From Chara braunii (taxonomy: Eukaryota > Plantae > Charophyceae): a stretch of DNA of 64,000 nucleotides. The notes below the pieces were generated by a model, which was given only the letters and a program-made list of their open reading frames with translations, was not told the DNA's origin and searched no databases. The position numbers and the translations under genes were made by a program. Shown here piece after piece: positions 13,111 to 24,737 of the stretch. Location of the stretch: contig BFEA01000038.1 in assembly GCA_003427395.1 (NCBI GenBank), forward strand, positions 1,216,762 through 1,280,761, in the 5' to 3' direction. Each line of letters starts with the position of its first letter. Position 1 is the stretch's first letter.

Positions 13111-13777
13111 CTGTCAGAGCAAAGGACCAGAGTGCTCTGTGGCCCATTTCAAGGAAGGCTCAGAATACCGTAAATGAATACGGTCCGCTTGGACGCTCAC
13201 ATGCAGTCATCTTGACTGCCACATCCTTGGTCAGTGAATCATACCCTGACATCTGACACGCTGCCTGGATGAGACAGGATCTGTGAGCAGAGCATTTCCT
13301 TCTCTTTTTTCCGCATTTCTCTCTTCATTTGTTTTGTCAAGACATGGTTTTTCGTTTTTTATTTGACCTATTTTACTCTGCCACCCACCCGTGCCCCACC
13401 CGTCCCACACACGTCACACTAATCCAAATACATGGTAGTGGGAGATCCCACTAGCCATGTATATGGATTAGTTTGACGGGTGTGGGACAGGTGGGGGACA
13501 GGTGGGTGGCAGCATGAAATAGGGAAAATAAATGCAAAAAACCATTTCATTGCCAAACAAATGAAGAAAAAAAGTTTAAAAAGGGAAATAAAGTGCTCTT
13601 CTCACAGATGGTGTCTGCTTTAGGCAGGGGGTCAGATGTCCGGGTATGATTCACTGACCATGGTTGTACCAGTCAAGACGACTGCATGTGAGCGGGCACG
13701 CGGAACATATTCATTGACAATAGTCTGAAGCTTCTGTGAAATGGGCTGCAGTCCACACTGTTCGGTAGTCCTGACAG
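13111..13777. repeat. ~670-bp degenerate foldback (long inverted repeat, 2-nt loop)
   Basis: Centre TAGTGGGA-GA-TCCCACTA at ~13445; arms align along their length (e.g. GCTCACATGCAGTC.TCTTGACTG and TGGTCAGTGAATCATACCC vs their reverse complements at 13630-13693). Confidence 0.85.
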
Positions 13778-16662
13778 AAATTCTCTTTGGCAAAGTTGAA
13801 TAAGAGTTAACTCCATACACCATTGCTGTAGGTGAGGGGATCGAATGAAAACTTTCGATGAACGAATCCTTATTTTAAATTGGTTGAATGCGTTGTGGAT
13901 ATGACATGCTTGTTGACAATGTTTTTTATTTTTACTCAAAGCTCAGTTTGTCTTCTGCATTATAGGGTAATCAATTAGTGTTCGTATTATGCTTGAGCGA
14001 TAGACAAGTAGATGTCTATTTTTTTGTTTTCGCTTTGTCCCTTCTCGTATGATTGTTTCGGTAGGACTTAGGCTAGCCTCTGAGTTAGTAGAAGTTATGG
14101 GAGCCTCTTTTTCTTAAGGAAGATGCTGTCAAATTTTTTGTTAAATACTCGAAGTTAGTTAAGAGTTAGAGATGTCAACTATGATATAATATAGTTTAGT
14201 TTTTGGGATCAGTAGGAATTTTGGAAGCCTTCCTTTCTAAAGGAAGTGCTGCCGAAATTTTTACTAAAACCAAATAGTTAATTATTTTTTAAATATTTTT
14301 CAGAGTCTCGAGTTTTTTTTTATTTTATAGATTTAGTATAGTAAATATTATTCGAGCACACTTCCCTGAAGGAAGTGCTGCCGAATTTTTTAGGATTTTC
14401 ACATCGTTACCGGACGCTACTGCTACGTAGCTTACAGTAAGATACGAAGTTGAACTCCGTCAACTCGATAAGTGATGTCTGGCTTGATTTTGTGACGCCG
14501 GTCATTGCTACCTGTGAGTGTTTTTCGGAGTCTTAAGCTTCATCAACTTCTGCTATCAGAGTGATAGCAGTTGGTTTGCGACTCAACTCTTACTCACCGT
14601 GATACCCACGCCCAAATGTATGTGACCCCGTAGGCGAAGGACATTTCCGTGTGAATAAAGTTCTTATTCTCTCAACCTCTCTTGAATGGCCGTGCAAAAT
14701 TTGTGTGAATCGGGACGGGCGGGTATGCTTTTGCTGAGTGGGGGTCGGAAAGAGGCGTGTGAGACATGAACCTGGGAGTAAAGGACTAGACCACGTTTTG
14801 TGACATCTGCATTTGGATTTTCATTGGATTTCATATGTGTGCCGATATGTATGGGAGCAATGGCTCACTCCTCAATTAAGGGTGATATGAATGAATGAAT
14901 GCAGGGTGTGAGTAACAAGGTTCAACTATGGCTGTGAGAATGACACTCCCTGATTTCCTCCGAGACTTGCTCTTTTTCTTTTTTTTTGCTCCTGCCATAC
15001 GCATCTAACGAATAGGCAGAAGTAGCCGAGCGCAAAGTTTTGTGTTTGACCTTAGATCGGACAGAAACTTAGTTTGGGTATGGTGAATTGCTCGCCAACC
15101 CGTGACTACTCTTTTTTTTTTTCCTAAGGGAAGGGACGAGCGAATCCCATTTCAAAGGGGTTTTGTTTTTTAGCTTATTAGTCGGACGTTGGTCTTGAGC
15201 CTGGAATTCAAGGTCCTTGTCAAGTATATCCCAGACTCTGGTCCAGCACAAAAGGGTTTCCCCCTTGAGTCGGACCTACGCCTCTCACTTATCGTCACCC
15301 ACTACCCAAAAGATAGGGGCGTTGCAAGGGCTTTACGACTTATCCTTCAGCCGTGCAATATCGTGAAGGAGGAACCTTTCATAATAGTTCGCTTTCGACA
15401 CTTGAGCGCTGTGTGCAACCCCGAAACTCATGAGAGGCTGCGCAGATGTGGGTAACGCATGAAGCGTCGTCATGACAGCAGATCAAGTGAGTACACATAA
15501 CTGGGCGTTATGTTTCCCTTAGCGCCTGCATTCATTTTATACAATTCTACACAGGCCTCGTGTATACACATTGGTCTTCTGAGTTATGGGTCAGTAGGAA
15601 TGACAAAGGGACTAGGCTTATTTGTTTGTCTGAGTTCGTTTGTTTTGTTGCTTATCGCGTGGTTGAGTTAGGATGTCCCAGTCGACCGACGCTAAATCGC
15701 GCATGGGAGATCAACGCCCCAGCGCGACGGTTCGCGTACGGGTCCGAGTTAGGTGTGGACTTCACGTACCCCCTATGCTACAACATACAAGAAACGCCCT
15801 CGACTGGGTCACCTTCGCGATTGCAAGTAAAAGCTTCCGCGTGTGGTTCAGTAGCTCGGCGGGGATATGCCCACCCAAGGGATGGTGACAACTCCCGCGG
15901 GTGGAGGTAAGTTGTACCTTGTGAGACCCTGTCATGTCGTAGGGAGTCGATTGAGGTATAGTTGGCGCACTCGGCCGGAGCGGCTCCGCCGCTTCCCTTT
16001 TCGTGAAGCGACATGTGAATTCTGCCAATCCTGTGTGACGCGGCCGGGAAGGTACCCCCAGCGGGAACCGTGCGCTCAACATCGCCTCTCAAAGTAGAGG
16101 ACCTTCAAAGGCTTAAGTGGTCCACCTACCCCTGCATCAAGCCCACCAACCTAGGGCCTTGCAATGGTAGATCATCCACAGATGTGTGCCCACTCCAGAT
16201 TGGCTCATATCCAAGACAAACTTGGAGACCCAAGAGGTGTTGTCCCCGCTCTGCACCTTCTGCTGACGAGCCTCTCCTAAAAAAAGGGCCACATTGGAAT
16301 GCTGTCTTTTGGAGTGCCTGATGGTGGCCCAACTGTGGAGATGGTGGTACGCGGCATGGCATTACCTAACCGACACCCACCTACCATGGGACGTTAAGCC
16401 ATTTTGTTGGGGGAAACGCCACCACAGGCGGTAACCCAAAGATCGCCCTTCATGGCTAACCTGTTCAGCATCACATGCCTACCAGTCCTAATGGTCGCAT
16501 GGCGCATGCAATGCTCACATGGACACAAACAACACATATATTCATGCAGGCAAGGGCATCGATATAGTGGATACAATCAGTGAACACTCACGTGGACTAG
16601 AAGGAGCTCAGGCAAATGGTGTCAAATGAACCCGATGCAGCCAAACACACCGACCTCTCATT

Positions 16663-16818
16663 TAGACCACCAGTACTTGGCCCAGATATCGGCCACGGGA
16701 AAAAATAGAGTAGAAACGTTTCTAGTCGAATGAATTTGGGCTTTCTTGTAGTGGCTGGTACGTTTCCTAAAATTGTGGCTTGTTCAGGGTCACAACTTCA
16801 GGAAGTACTGGTGGTTTA
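16663..16818. mobile_element. MITE, ~155 bp, TIR TA(A/G)ACCACCAGTACTT
   Basis: Terminal inverted repeats; internal sequence homologous to 17325-17524. Confidence 0.8.
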
Positions 16819-17324
16819 ACTTCCACTCCCTGTGGGTGAATCACAAAGAGACGCTCTGTGAATTAGACCAACACAACCAACTACAGTGGAAACCTTGGCT
16901 AAACATGGAGAGGCAATGGGGGCGCCTGCCACGTGAACACCTCGCCATCCCCTTCCAACTGACAAACTTTGTCCTCATCCCATAGTAGGGGCAGACACCC
17001 GCCCTCCCCATCACACCCCCCTCCCCGCAACTGCCTCCCCCCCTCCTTATCCCCTCCCCCTCCTTATCCCCTCCCCCTCCTTATCCCCTCCCCCTTCTAT
17101 CTTGTCCCTCTGACACTGCATCACCTGCCACCTCTCCATTCCTCACCCCATACCCCACTGCTGTATTCCGGCCAAGCAAGTTTCTCCCTCATGAGCAATA
17201 AACGCAGTTATGTACGAGGAGACGTGACAAACAGCCGGCAGGAGTATGGCCCACTGGCGGAGGACATCATGTGGAATGGGGCTTCAAGCCACAGTTAGCA
17301 GACCTCAGCACACATCAAGATGGT

Positions 17325-17524
17325 TAAACCACCAGTACTTGGCCCAACTATTGGCCATGGGAAAAAATAGAGTCGAAACGTTTCTAGTCAGATGAATTTG
17401 GCCGCTCCTGTAGTGGCCCGTACGTTTCCTCGGATGAATTTGGGCACTCCTGTAGTGGCCCGTATGTTACCTAAAACCGTGGCTCGTTAACGGGGGCACG
17501 ACTTTAGGAAGTACTGGCTGTTTA
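17325..17524. mobile_element. MITE, ~200 bp (same family, with an internal ~40-bp duplication), TTAA at both ends
   Basis: TTAAACCACCAGTACTT...AAGTACTGGCTGTTTAA. Confidence 0.8.
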
Positions 17525-17728
17525 ACTAATGCTGCCAACAGCACACAACGGGCCACTACGGAACCCCGCTCAGGATATCAACACTGAGTTCAGTACATCT
17601 AGCGAATAGCAGAACTTAAATGAACTAGTATGAACACTGGGATGGCCCTGTGCCTCACATTGCATATGCATGCTACATATTCACGTTGTATCAGGCAGGG
17701 ACGCTGGGACCCACTCGAATGTCGTTGT

Positions 17729-17862
17729 TTTTTTTTTTTTTTTTTTTTTTAAGCCCCTGTGTAAGCCCACTATCCCGGCGGTGGTGAGAGAACCGTCAGG
17801 ATTGAGGGCTTATCTATCGGGCTGCTCCATCTATTGGTGGGGAGCGGCACCTGCTGGAAACC
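17729..17862 (-). mobile_element. Truncated LINE 3' end (conserved motif, hairpin, poly(A))
   Basis: Poly(T) followed by a hairpin and GCTCCATCTATTGGTGGGGAGCGGCACCTGCTGGAAA on the + strand. Confidence 0.7.
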
Positions 17863-18352
17863 GTTATCACCTCCCAAAAGTGAAGTTTCAAAAGACCTCA
17901 CAAAATTCTTTAGGAAATACATAAATCCCAGGAGTCTTTTCCTCATCTATCCAGAGGAGCGTCATCCATACTCGTCCTTACGGGGCTATCCAAACCCGCC
18001 TTATGTTCTTCATGAAATTTTCTGATTGGAAGGTACTAAAAAAACCTACAAATTGTAAGGGAGGGAGGAACTTGTGTATAGAGCAGTCGGTATCTGGCAC
18101 CGGGCCCAGGGTGAAGAGGTTCCCCCCTTCCCAACATCCTGCTCAGTTGTAATCAATGCTGGCAGGAATCTCCCACAAGTGTGTTTCTTTCTGCTATACT
18201 TCAATATTCAGTCTGTATATGGGACGCTGGACCCATTTTCCAGCAGGTGATGCTCCCCACCAATAGATGGAGCCTCTCCCCAGGTGCTAGTGGTGTCTGT
18301 TCTTATCAGCAACACTAACCCTGGCAGGGGTATTTAAAAAAAAAAAAAAAAA
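17863..18352 (+). mobile_element. Truncated LINE 3' end (3' UTR, conserved motif, hairpin, poly(A))
   Basis: GGGACGCTGGACCCATTTTCCAGCAGGTGATGCTCCCCACCAATAGATGGAGC at 18221-18273; A17 at 18336-18352; 5' boundary uncertain. Confidence 0.7.
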
Positions 18353-18904
18353 TGCTATGTAGATTCCCTCCGGCCACTGTCCCCAAAAAAATGTACGTAG
18401 GTTCAATTCAACTTGTGTGGCATACTGCGCAGCCACACGGGCCTGCAGGGCCCGTCCCGCGGTCTTAGCCTAAAAGCCTAAAAACAAGGGCTTACAGGCC
18501 CCGTGTAGTTTCAGCCTGAAAGCCTGAAAACGAGGGCCTGCAGGCCCTATGTCGTTTCAGCCTAAAACAGGGCCTTCCAGGCCCTGAGTCTTTTCAGTTT
18601 GAAACGGAGGGCCACTTTCGGGCCCTCATAAGATCGACCTGCCCTAACAATCAGGCACCAAACCAGGTTTTCAGGAACAGGCTATTTTTGGCCTGTTCCG
18701 ACGACAGCCTCAGCAGGAGCTGCAGCGCCAGACCCTGGCTCGCCCTGGCATTGGCAAGAGCAGCCTCCTGGACTGCCTCGCCCTGCAGCTGCAGGCAGTG
18801 AGGAGGCAGGCCGAGTAGTACATAGGGAGTTCCCATGCACTTCACGGGTAGGCAGAAGGCCGGAGGCAGTCTTCAGGATTCGGCAGCAGCACTCTGGAGG
18901 AGCA

Positions 18905-19044
18905 CTGCAGGAGTAGCGTTAGCGCTAGCAGTAGTCTTCAGCGCTGGGCGCTAGTAGCTGCAGGAGTAGTCTTCAGCGCAGGGCGCTAGTAGTAGTAGTA
19001 GTAGTGTTGGAGAGAGATGGCTGGCGGAGGCCAGTGAGACTTAC
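18905..19044 (-). other. Putative spliceosomal intron in a dispersed repeat
   Basis: CAG|GTAAGT donor, CTAAC branch point, CTCCTGCAG acceptor; homologous to 26653-26742. Confidence 0.5.
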
Positions 19045-19208
19045 CTGTGGCGCCATAGCTCCAGCTCCATCTTCAAGGTACCCGCATCAAGGCGCCAGCT
19101 TCACAGGTTAGTATCGGACAGAGAGAGAGAGAGAACTTCTTCTTCCTCTTCTAAGTCCACCATCTCTTCTTCACCCTCTCACTACCTGACTTCTCAGTAT
19201 CTGCGGAC

Positions 19209-19211
<3 letters not shown>

Positions 19212-19260
<49 letters not shown>

Positions 19261-19261
19261 N

Positions 19262-19292
<31 letters not shown>
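19212..19292. repeat. (GA)n microsatellite
   Basis: Direct sequence. Confidence 0.98.
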
Positions 19293-19297
<5 letters not shown>

Positions 19298-20026
19298 GAG
19301 TTGTGACTTGAGACTTGATGACATTGGATCCAGACTCGACATTGGGATTCAGACATTTGACGGGGATTATTTGGGACCTGTATCGCAGACTTGGTGTTGA
19401 CGACATTCCCATCTTCCCCTCTTCTTTGTTTAACCCCCCTCTTCTTTGTCTGTGTATGGCGGGGACTGGCGCATTCTTCCTGTGTGAGCGCCAGGCCCCT
19501 TCCCACCATGGAATGATGATGATATGTGTTTGAGGCTGCAATGCAACATTGATTGTTCGGATCATTGGTATCTAAGTCTTCCGCTATGCTATGTTGTACT
19601 TTTGTGAGAGAGGTTGGTTCTTGTTCTGGTCTGCACCTTTACGGTATGCAACAACTTGCCTCTGAAAAACGGCCCCCCAAAAATTGCTGATTTTTTTTTT
19701 TAATAGAACGTACGGTCAAATATAACATGCGTACGTTGTATTCTAAATTTTCATTTTTTTTATTTAAAAAAAAAACAAACAAAATCCAAAAAAAGTTCAA
19801 AAAACAAAACAAAAGTTGTACAGTATTGCAATACGAGCAACTTTTGACTGACGATCATGTCAAATTTCACAACCAAGTTCGAGAAAAAAATAAAAACAAG
19901 AATAGAAATATTCTTTTACCATTTTACGGCAGGGACATTCTGTTTTCTATGGGGCAAGTGGGTTGGAGTCACACCCAAGGTTTAGAATAGGCAACTCTAG
20001 CAGTTCCGGAAATGGAGTAAAAAAGG

Positions 20027-20032
<6 letters not shown>

Positions 20033-20057
<25 letters not shown>

Positions 20058-21973
20058 AAGGATCCAATCTATTGATGGGGAGCAGCACCTGCTGGAAAGC
20101 GGGCCCAGCGTCCCTCATACAGTGAGAATAATGTCTTGTTGAAGAACATAATCATGTGACGAGTGAGTTGAGACCTGCCTCTTCAGTCCACTGAGGACCG
20201 CCAGATATATCCATGCATTTCTAGCCTGTCTATGCTCTGAGAATAGTTACAATAGCAATCCTTGTTGTTTTCTGATGTAGGCTGGATGTCCAAACCATTG
20301 GTTGTCTACTATTGCCATAGCTGAAGGCGGGAATAAATCTGAGAAGTTCTCTAGGACCTCAAATGATTGCCTCGTTGAATTGTCATCCATTTGTGGAAAA
20401 TGAGTTAAAAATCTTTTTTGAGGGGGGCAACAGTACCCTCTCCACCTCGCCATGACACATTGTGACACTCAACCTCACGCCCAGCACGACTTCCTGTTTC
20501 GGAGTGGGTATGGGCCCAAAAGTGCGTAAGAGGGGTGTGCCAAGGATTTTAGGAAAGTGGGGTTGGAGTCCCAGGTCGGAACTGAGATCTCCAGTGTCAA
20601 ATTTAAAGGACAAGAGGGCAAGTGGTTCAGCGGACAAATAAACTTTCTGTTTTACCCTTCTCAGGACCGGGCGGCTAGTTTTGCCGACCCATCGCCTGGA
20701 GTGGGTTCGTACTCTGTGTACAGAGGGAACACTGTGGGTGTCTCTCTATGTAAATACTTGTCGTCAGCGGATCTCACAGATCTCGGAATCCGACGTGGAC
20801 AGCCTCAGCCGAAGACTGTGTTCTTGACGTTCAACCTCGGAACGTGTTCGTCTGATATATCTTGCAGATCGATAAGCGTAATGTTGTTGAGTCTTCGGGG
20901 CTAGTAGGGGGCTATCGCATCCCAAGGGACAACCGTTAGATTATGGTAAGGGAGAAGGAGATAGAAGGGAGAGGAGTTAGTATCGATGGCGACGAAACCT
21001 CATTTCGCGTAATACTGGTGGTTACGTGTGTCGGGGTAATCCGGAATTCGCGGATTTCACCCTATGGCCTTCTAGAAGTCTCACGCACACAACGGATCGG
21101 TTTTGGTTTGGCAAGGATAGGCTGGGAACCTCAGGTTCGATTGGCGGAAGAGTTGTTCGTTTTCCCAATATTCTCGGTACTCGGCGTCCCACAGACAGTC
21201 GCGGGTAGTGACCCAGAGGGGAACGACGATGTCCATATCCCGTGAGAAAGACTCAATGCATTCATTTGGGAAATATAGTGTGCGGGCGGGTTAGAAACGG
21301 ATCATGCAGACACGCGTATGCATGATGACTGTCTTTCAGGGTCATTCGTATACATGAGTGCGCCTCATCCACTTCCAACAATGCTCGTGCCTTCGTTGTC
21401 CCTTTATCTCAACCTGCTCTAATCTACTTCATAAAGATGTTGTCTGAAAGCTTAATGCAAATTAGACACTCGTTCGATGCAACGTGACGAAGTGTTTGGA
21501 CCATGCACAAGGAAGACCCGACCCCTACATCACGCACATGATCTGCCACCGATCAGGCTGTAAGACTGCATACCATACATGCATCCATTCCTTTCCGACT
21601 TTGTACTCAGGGAGGTGACATCAATGGACTTAGCGCAAAACAAACGTCCGATCAATGTGTCATATGCCAAAGCATCCATGTACGAAGGAAAGAGAAGAAG
21701 GAGCAACTTCCATACTTCAGTAGGACACTCAATTCATACATGCCATAAACCCCGGACTCTGCGATCGACACCTCCATACTTTCGAATCCTTCAAGCAATC
21801 AACCAACGTTTGGAATCCCTCACTCATTCTGCATTGAAAGAAGGGAGACGGGAAAAAAAAAAAAAAATTCAAACACCAATCGAAGAAAAGAAAATCTGAG
21901 AGTGTCGCAAACGAAGATAGCTCAGATCAAGATCAAAATTATACAGAGGATGCGAAGAGATAACACCACTTCA

Positions 21974-22035
<62 letters not shown>

Positions 22036-22045
22036 GTGTGTGTGT

Positions 22046-22115
<70 letters not shown>

Positions 22116-23830
22116 CCACGATGCAAGCAGTTCATCGCCTCACATCTACCAACAACCCGAAGTTGTCATCCCGCTTAGTCCAAACATGCAAACCAGATTC
22201 GCCCACGTGCCACAGTTCTTCGCAGCCACACGTCAACCCCGCATATCCAGCACCAACTCGTCGGAATCGGTCGGATCGCCCAACTCCCTATTCACCATTC
22301 AGTCTCTGCTCATTAGTTGATCCTCTCAACCGTGCTACCTCCCAAGTGTAGATTAGAGAGTGAATTAGTCGCGTTCACAAAATTTATAGCATTTCGTATT
22401 TGCGTGAGATAATTCCGAATTATGTTGACGTAGGAGAGAAAAAAGAAGAAGGGAGTGCCTACGGGTGCATGACTGGGCAGCGGTGTGGGGGACACAACCA
22501 CTCTCCACACATCGATCCAGTTATACACTTTTTTTACCCATGAGATAGACAAAAAAAAGGTGCAGGTTTTAGCGCGGAAAAAAATCAAGAGGGAAAGAAT
22601 TACAATCACACTTGCGTTCGCCAAGAAGAAGCAAGAAGAGATTACAGTTGCGATTAAAATTTAGGCGCGGCGAGAGCAGAGCGCAAGACAGGGCTCAGCA
22701 ATGCGCGCGTGAGTAAGGAACATTGTGCAATTACAACAACAAAACTCCTCGACAAACCGCGATGCCCCTAATTCCTAACCCAATTTTAAGCCCTAATTTT
22801 CATATTCCTCGTATTTCAAAAATTTAAGAGCTCTCGCGCGATGATCACGCCCAAGTTCCCTTCCCATTTTTAGCATAACAAGAAAGAAGCTATGACAACA
22901 GTTATTTTCCACGCTCGCTAAGGCGCGCCTCAACTACCAACTAGCATGCACTCATGCAACTGGGCCGGCCCCTTTCATTCAAACCCCGAATTACTACCAC
23001 GCAGGAAGTCGCGCATTTCAGAAAGTCGTTCGTCACAACATGACCCAACCCGCCTACATTATCCCCCCCCCAGCCAGTCTTTCGGGAATTGTAAAATTGC
23101 ATTGTGAATATCCTTCTTTTGTCCCTCACTCCATCCAAAGCACATGCACAACGTTTGTACCAGAGTGCCCATATTATAGCTTTGCGAGATAGGGGAAAAC
23201 AATTATGTACAAAATCTGAGGATGAGGGGGAGTCTCATGTTCCTAATAGGATAGCCCTCCAGTTCCAAGGCCAATCCAAGTTTGTCAATTGTCTCCAAAT
23301 GCAATCCTATTTGCGCCACAAGAGTACGGATCCAGGGCACTGTAAGAAAATATGTTCAATTGTTTCTCTTATCTTGCGGTTAGGAAATGCCATATGACAG
23401 GACTGGGAGTGCTAGTCCTCGTTGTTCAAGACATGAGTGATCTATCAACCAATCATTAGTCGGGAGGCAGTAATGTATAATTTGCCATTGTAGTGATGCA
23501 AACTTAGTTGGGCGCTCTTTAAGCTTTTGGAACCAACGAACTGGACGGAAAGACTGAACATCGTTACATCTAGATTAGGTGCTAAGTCCAATGATCTTTG
23601 ATAATCACCTTGACGTCCACCCTTGGTCGTAACATACGATATGTAGCTTTGACCGTGAGGGAGAAAAAAAATCTTGTTCTACCAATTTTCCTGGTTTGCC
23701 ATTTCCATTCCTCCGGGTCGAGTGCAAGTTTGGGTATGGGGCATCTAGGATTATAGGCCCTCCAATGCTATATGGATGAGTCCCTTAGAACCCTAATCCA
23801 ATAGAGTGTCATGATGGGACCCTAAATCTG
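20033..23830 (-). pseudogene. 5'-truncated L1/Tx1-like LINE 3' portion, interrupted by a solo LTR
   Basis: Poly(T) at 20033-20057, conserved 3' motif at 20063-20114; zf-RVT-region homology at 23040-23830 (WQIIHYCLPTNDWLIDH, ETIEHIFLQCP) continues across the LTR. Confidence 0.8.
20461..23037 (-). mobile_element. Solo LTR (2577 bp) of the Gypsy family, 4-bp TSD ACAT
   Basis: Minus strand TGTGACGAAC...GGGCGTGAGGTTGAGTGTCACA; ACAT at 20457-20460 and 23038-23041; collinear similarity to the LTRs at 46256 and 57070, including the microsatellite at 21976-22112. Confidence 0.9.
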
Positions 23831-24330
23831 CCAATTAGAATTTTGATTTTTCAAAAATATCCCACAAGCCCCCCAAAAAAGCTATGTTGTACAAAAGTGC
23901 AATACAGACAACTTTTGCCTGAGGGTCTTGGAAAAATTCCCAACCAAATTCGAGAAAATGAGGTTAGTACTATAGGCTCTTGCACATTTGTGCCATAAAA
24001 CTCGATGTATAACTTACGTACGTACCCGTATATTGTGTATATATGTATACAATATACGTACGTTTTCTACGTTAAGACAGTAGCTCAGTAGGTTTCATGT
24101 CTGAGTGGCACCGGCCCACCGGGCATCAAAACCTGTTGCCGTCATTTTCAATGGCCTAAGGTTGGTCGAGGCCACAAAGACAATTGTCAATTTGCTGAGG
24201 TGAGGTGTGCCACCCTGTAACCATATATATGCGGGAGTATGAGGCCTGGTAGAAAGATTTGGGAAAGTGGCCCATGTCACCGGTTGTGGTGCCAAGGATG
24301 TGGTGGGAAAGACATGCTCAGGTCCTACTA

Positions 24331-24437
24331 CCGTCTTCACCCGAATACAACGTACGGTCATTATTGTTGTATCAAGACTCAAAGATCCAAAAAAAATACA
24401 GCTATAATGACCGTACATTGTATTCGGGTGAGGACCA
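24331..24437. mobile_element. Mini-MITE/hairpin, Tc1/mariner-pogo-like, TA flanks
   Basis: ~40-bp inverted repeats (GTC.TCACCCGAATACAA.GTACGGTCATTAT.G.TGTAT) around a ~23-nt loop; TA at 24329 and 24438. Confidence 0.65.
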
Positions 24438-24656
24438 TATGTAGCCAGTTGGGACATACCCGATAAAGAATTTTGTGGTTGAATTCTAATCGGGGTATCA
24501 TCTCATCTGACATCCATGCCCACCAGCGGTGAAACCCTCAAGTTACATGATACGCTCAAGAGGCATGAACTCCGAGTACCTGTCATAACATAAGTTCACT
24601 AAACAATAATCTTGACGTATCATTCTACAAAAGTATCAATAACGATGATTTGATCC

Positions 24657-24727
24657 AGCAGCCAACTCAGTTGGTTAGCATCGCAAGTGGCATTCAGGAG
24701 GTTGTGGGTTCGAGCCCCACAACTGTT
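24657..24727 (+). pseudogene. tRNA-like sequence (SINE head or tRNA pseudogene)
   Basis: A-box-like AACTCAGTTGGTTAG and T-arm GTGGGTTCGAGCCCCAC; acceptor and anticodon stems degenerate. Confidence 0.55.
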
Positions 24728-24737
24728 TGTAGCGTAC

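Noticed and set aside
14000-16380. Possible LTR or DIRS-type element
   Set aside because: Several TGTGAC starts and repeated GGAAGTGCTGCCGAA motifs, but no matching end, TSD or coding domain could be established.
17823-18273. MITE with GCTCCATCTATTGGTGGGGAGC TIRs (also 10727-11275)
   Set aside because: Each apparent TIR is followed outward by its own poly(A) or A-rich tract, and the motif occurs singly at LINE 3' ends; no TSD.
18221-18273. HDV-like or hammerhead ribozyme
   Set aside because: I could not find the HDV nested P1.1/P3 and J4/2 elements or the hammerhead CUGANGA/GAAA core on either strand.
24657-24727. Functional tRNA gene
   Set aside because: Acceptor and anticodon stems do not pair convincingly; kept only as a SINE-like head.
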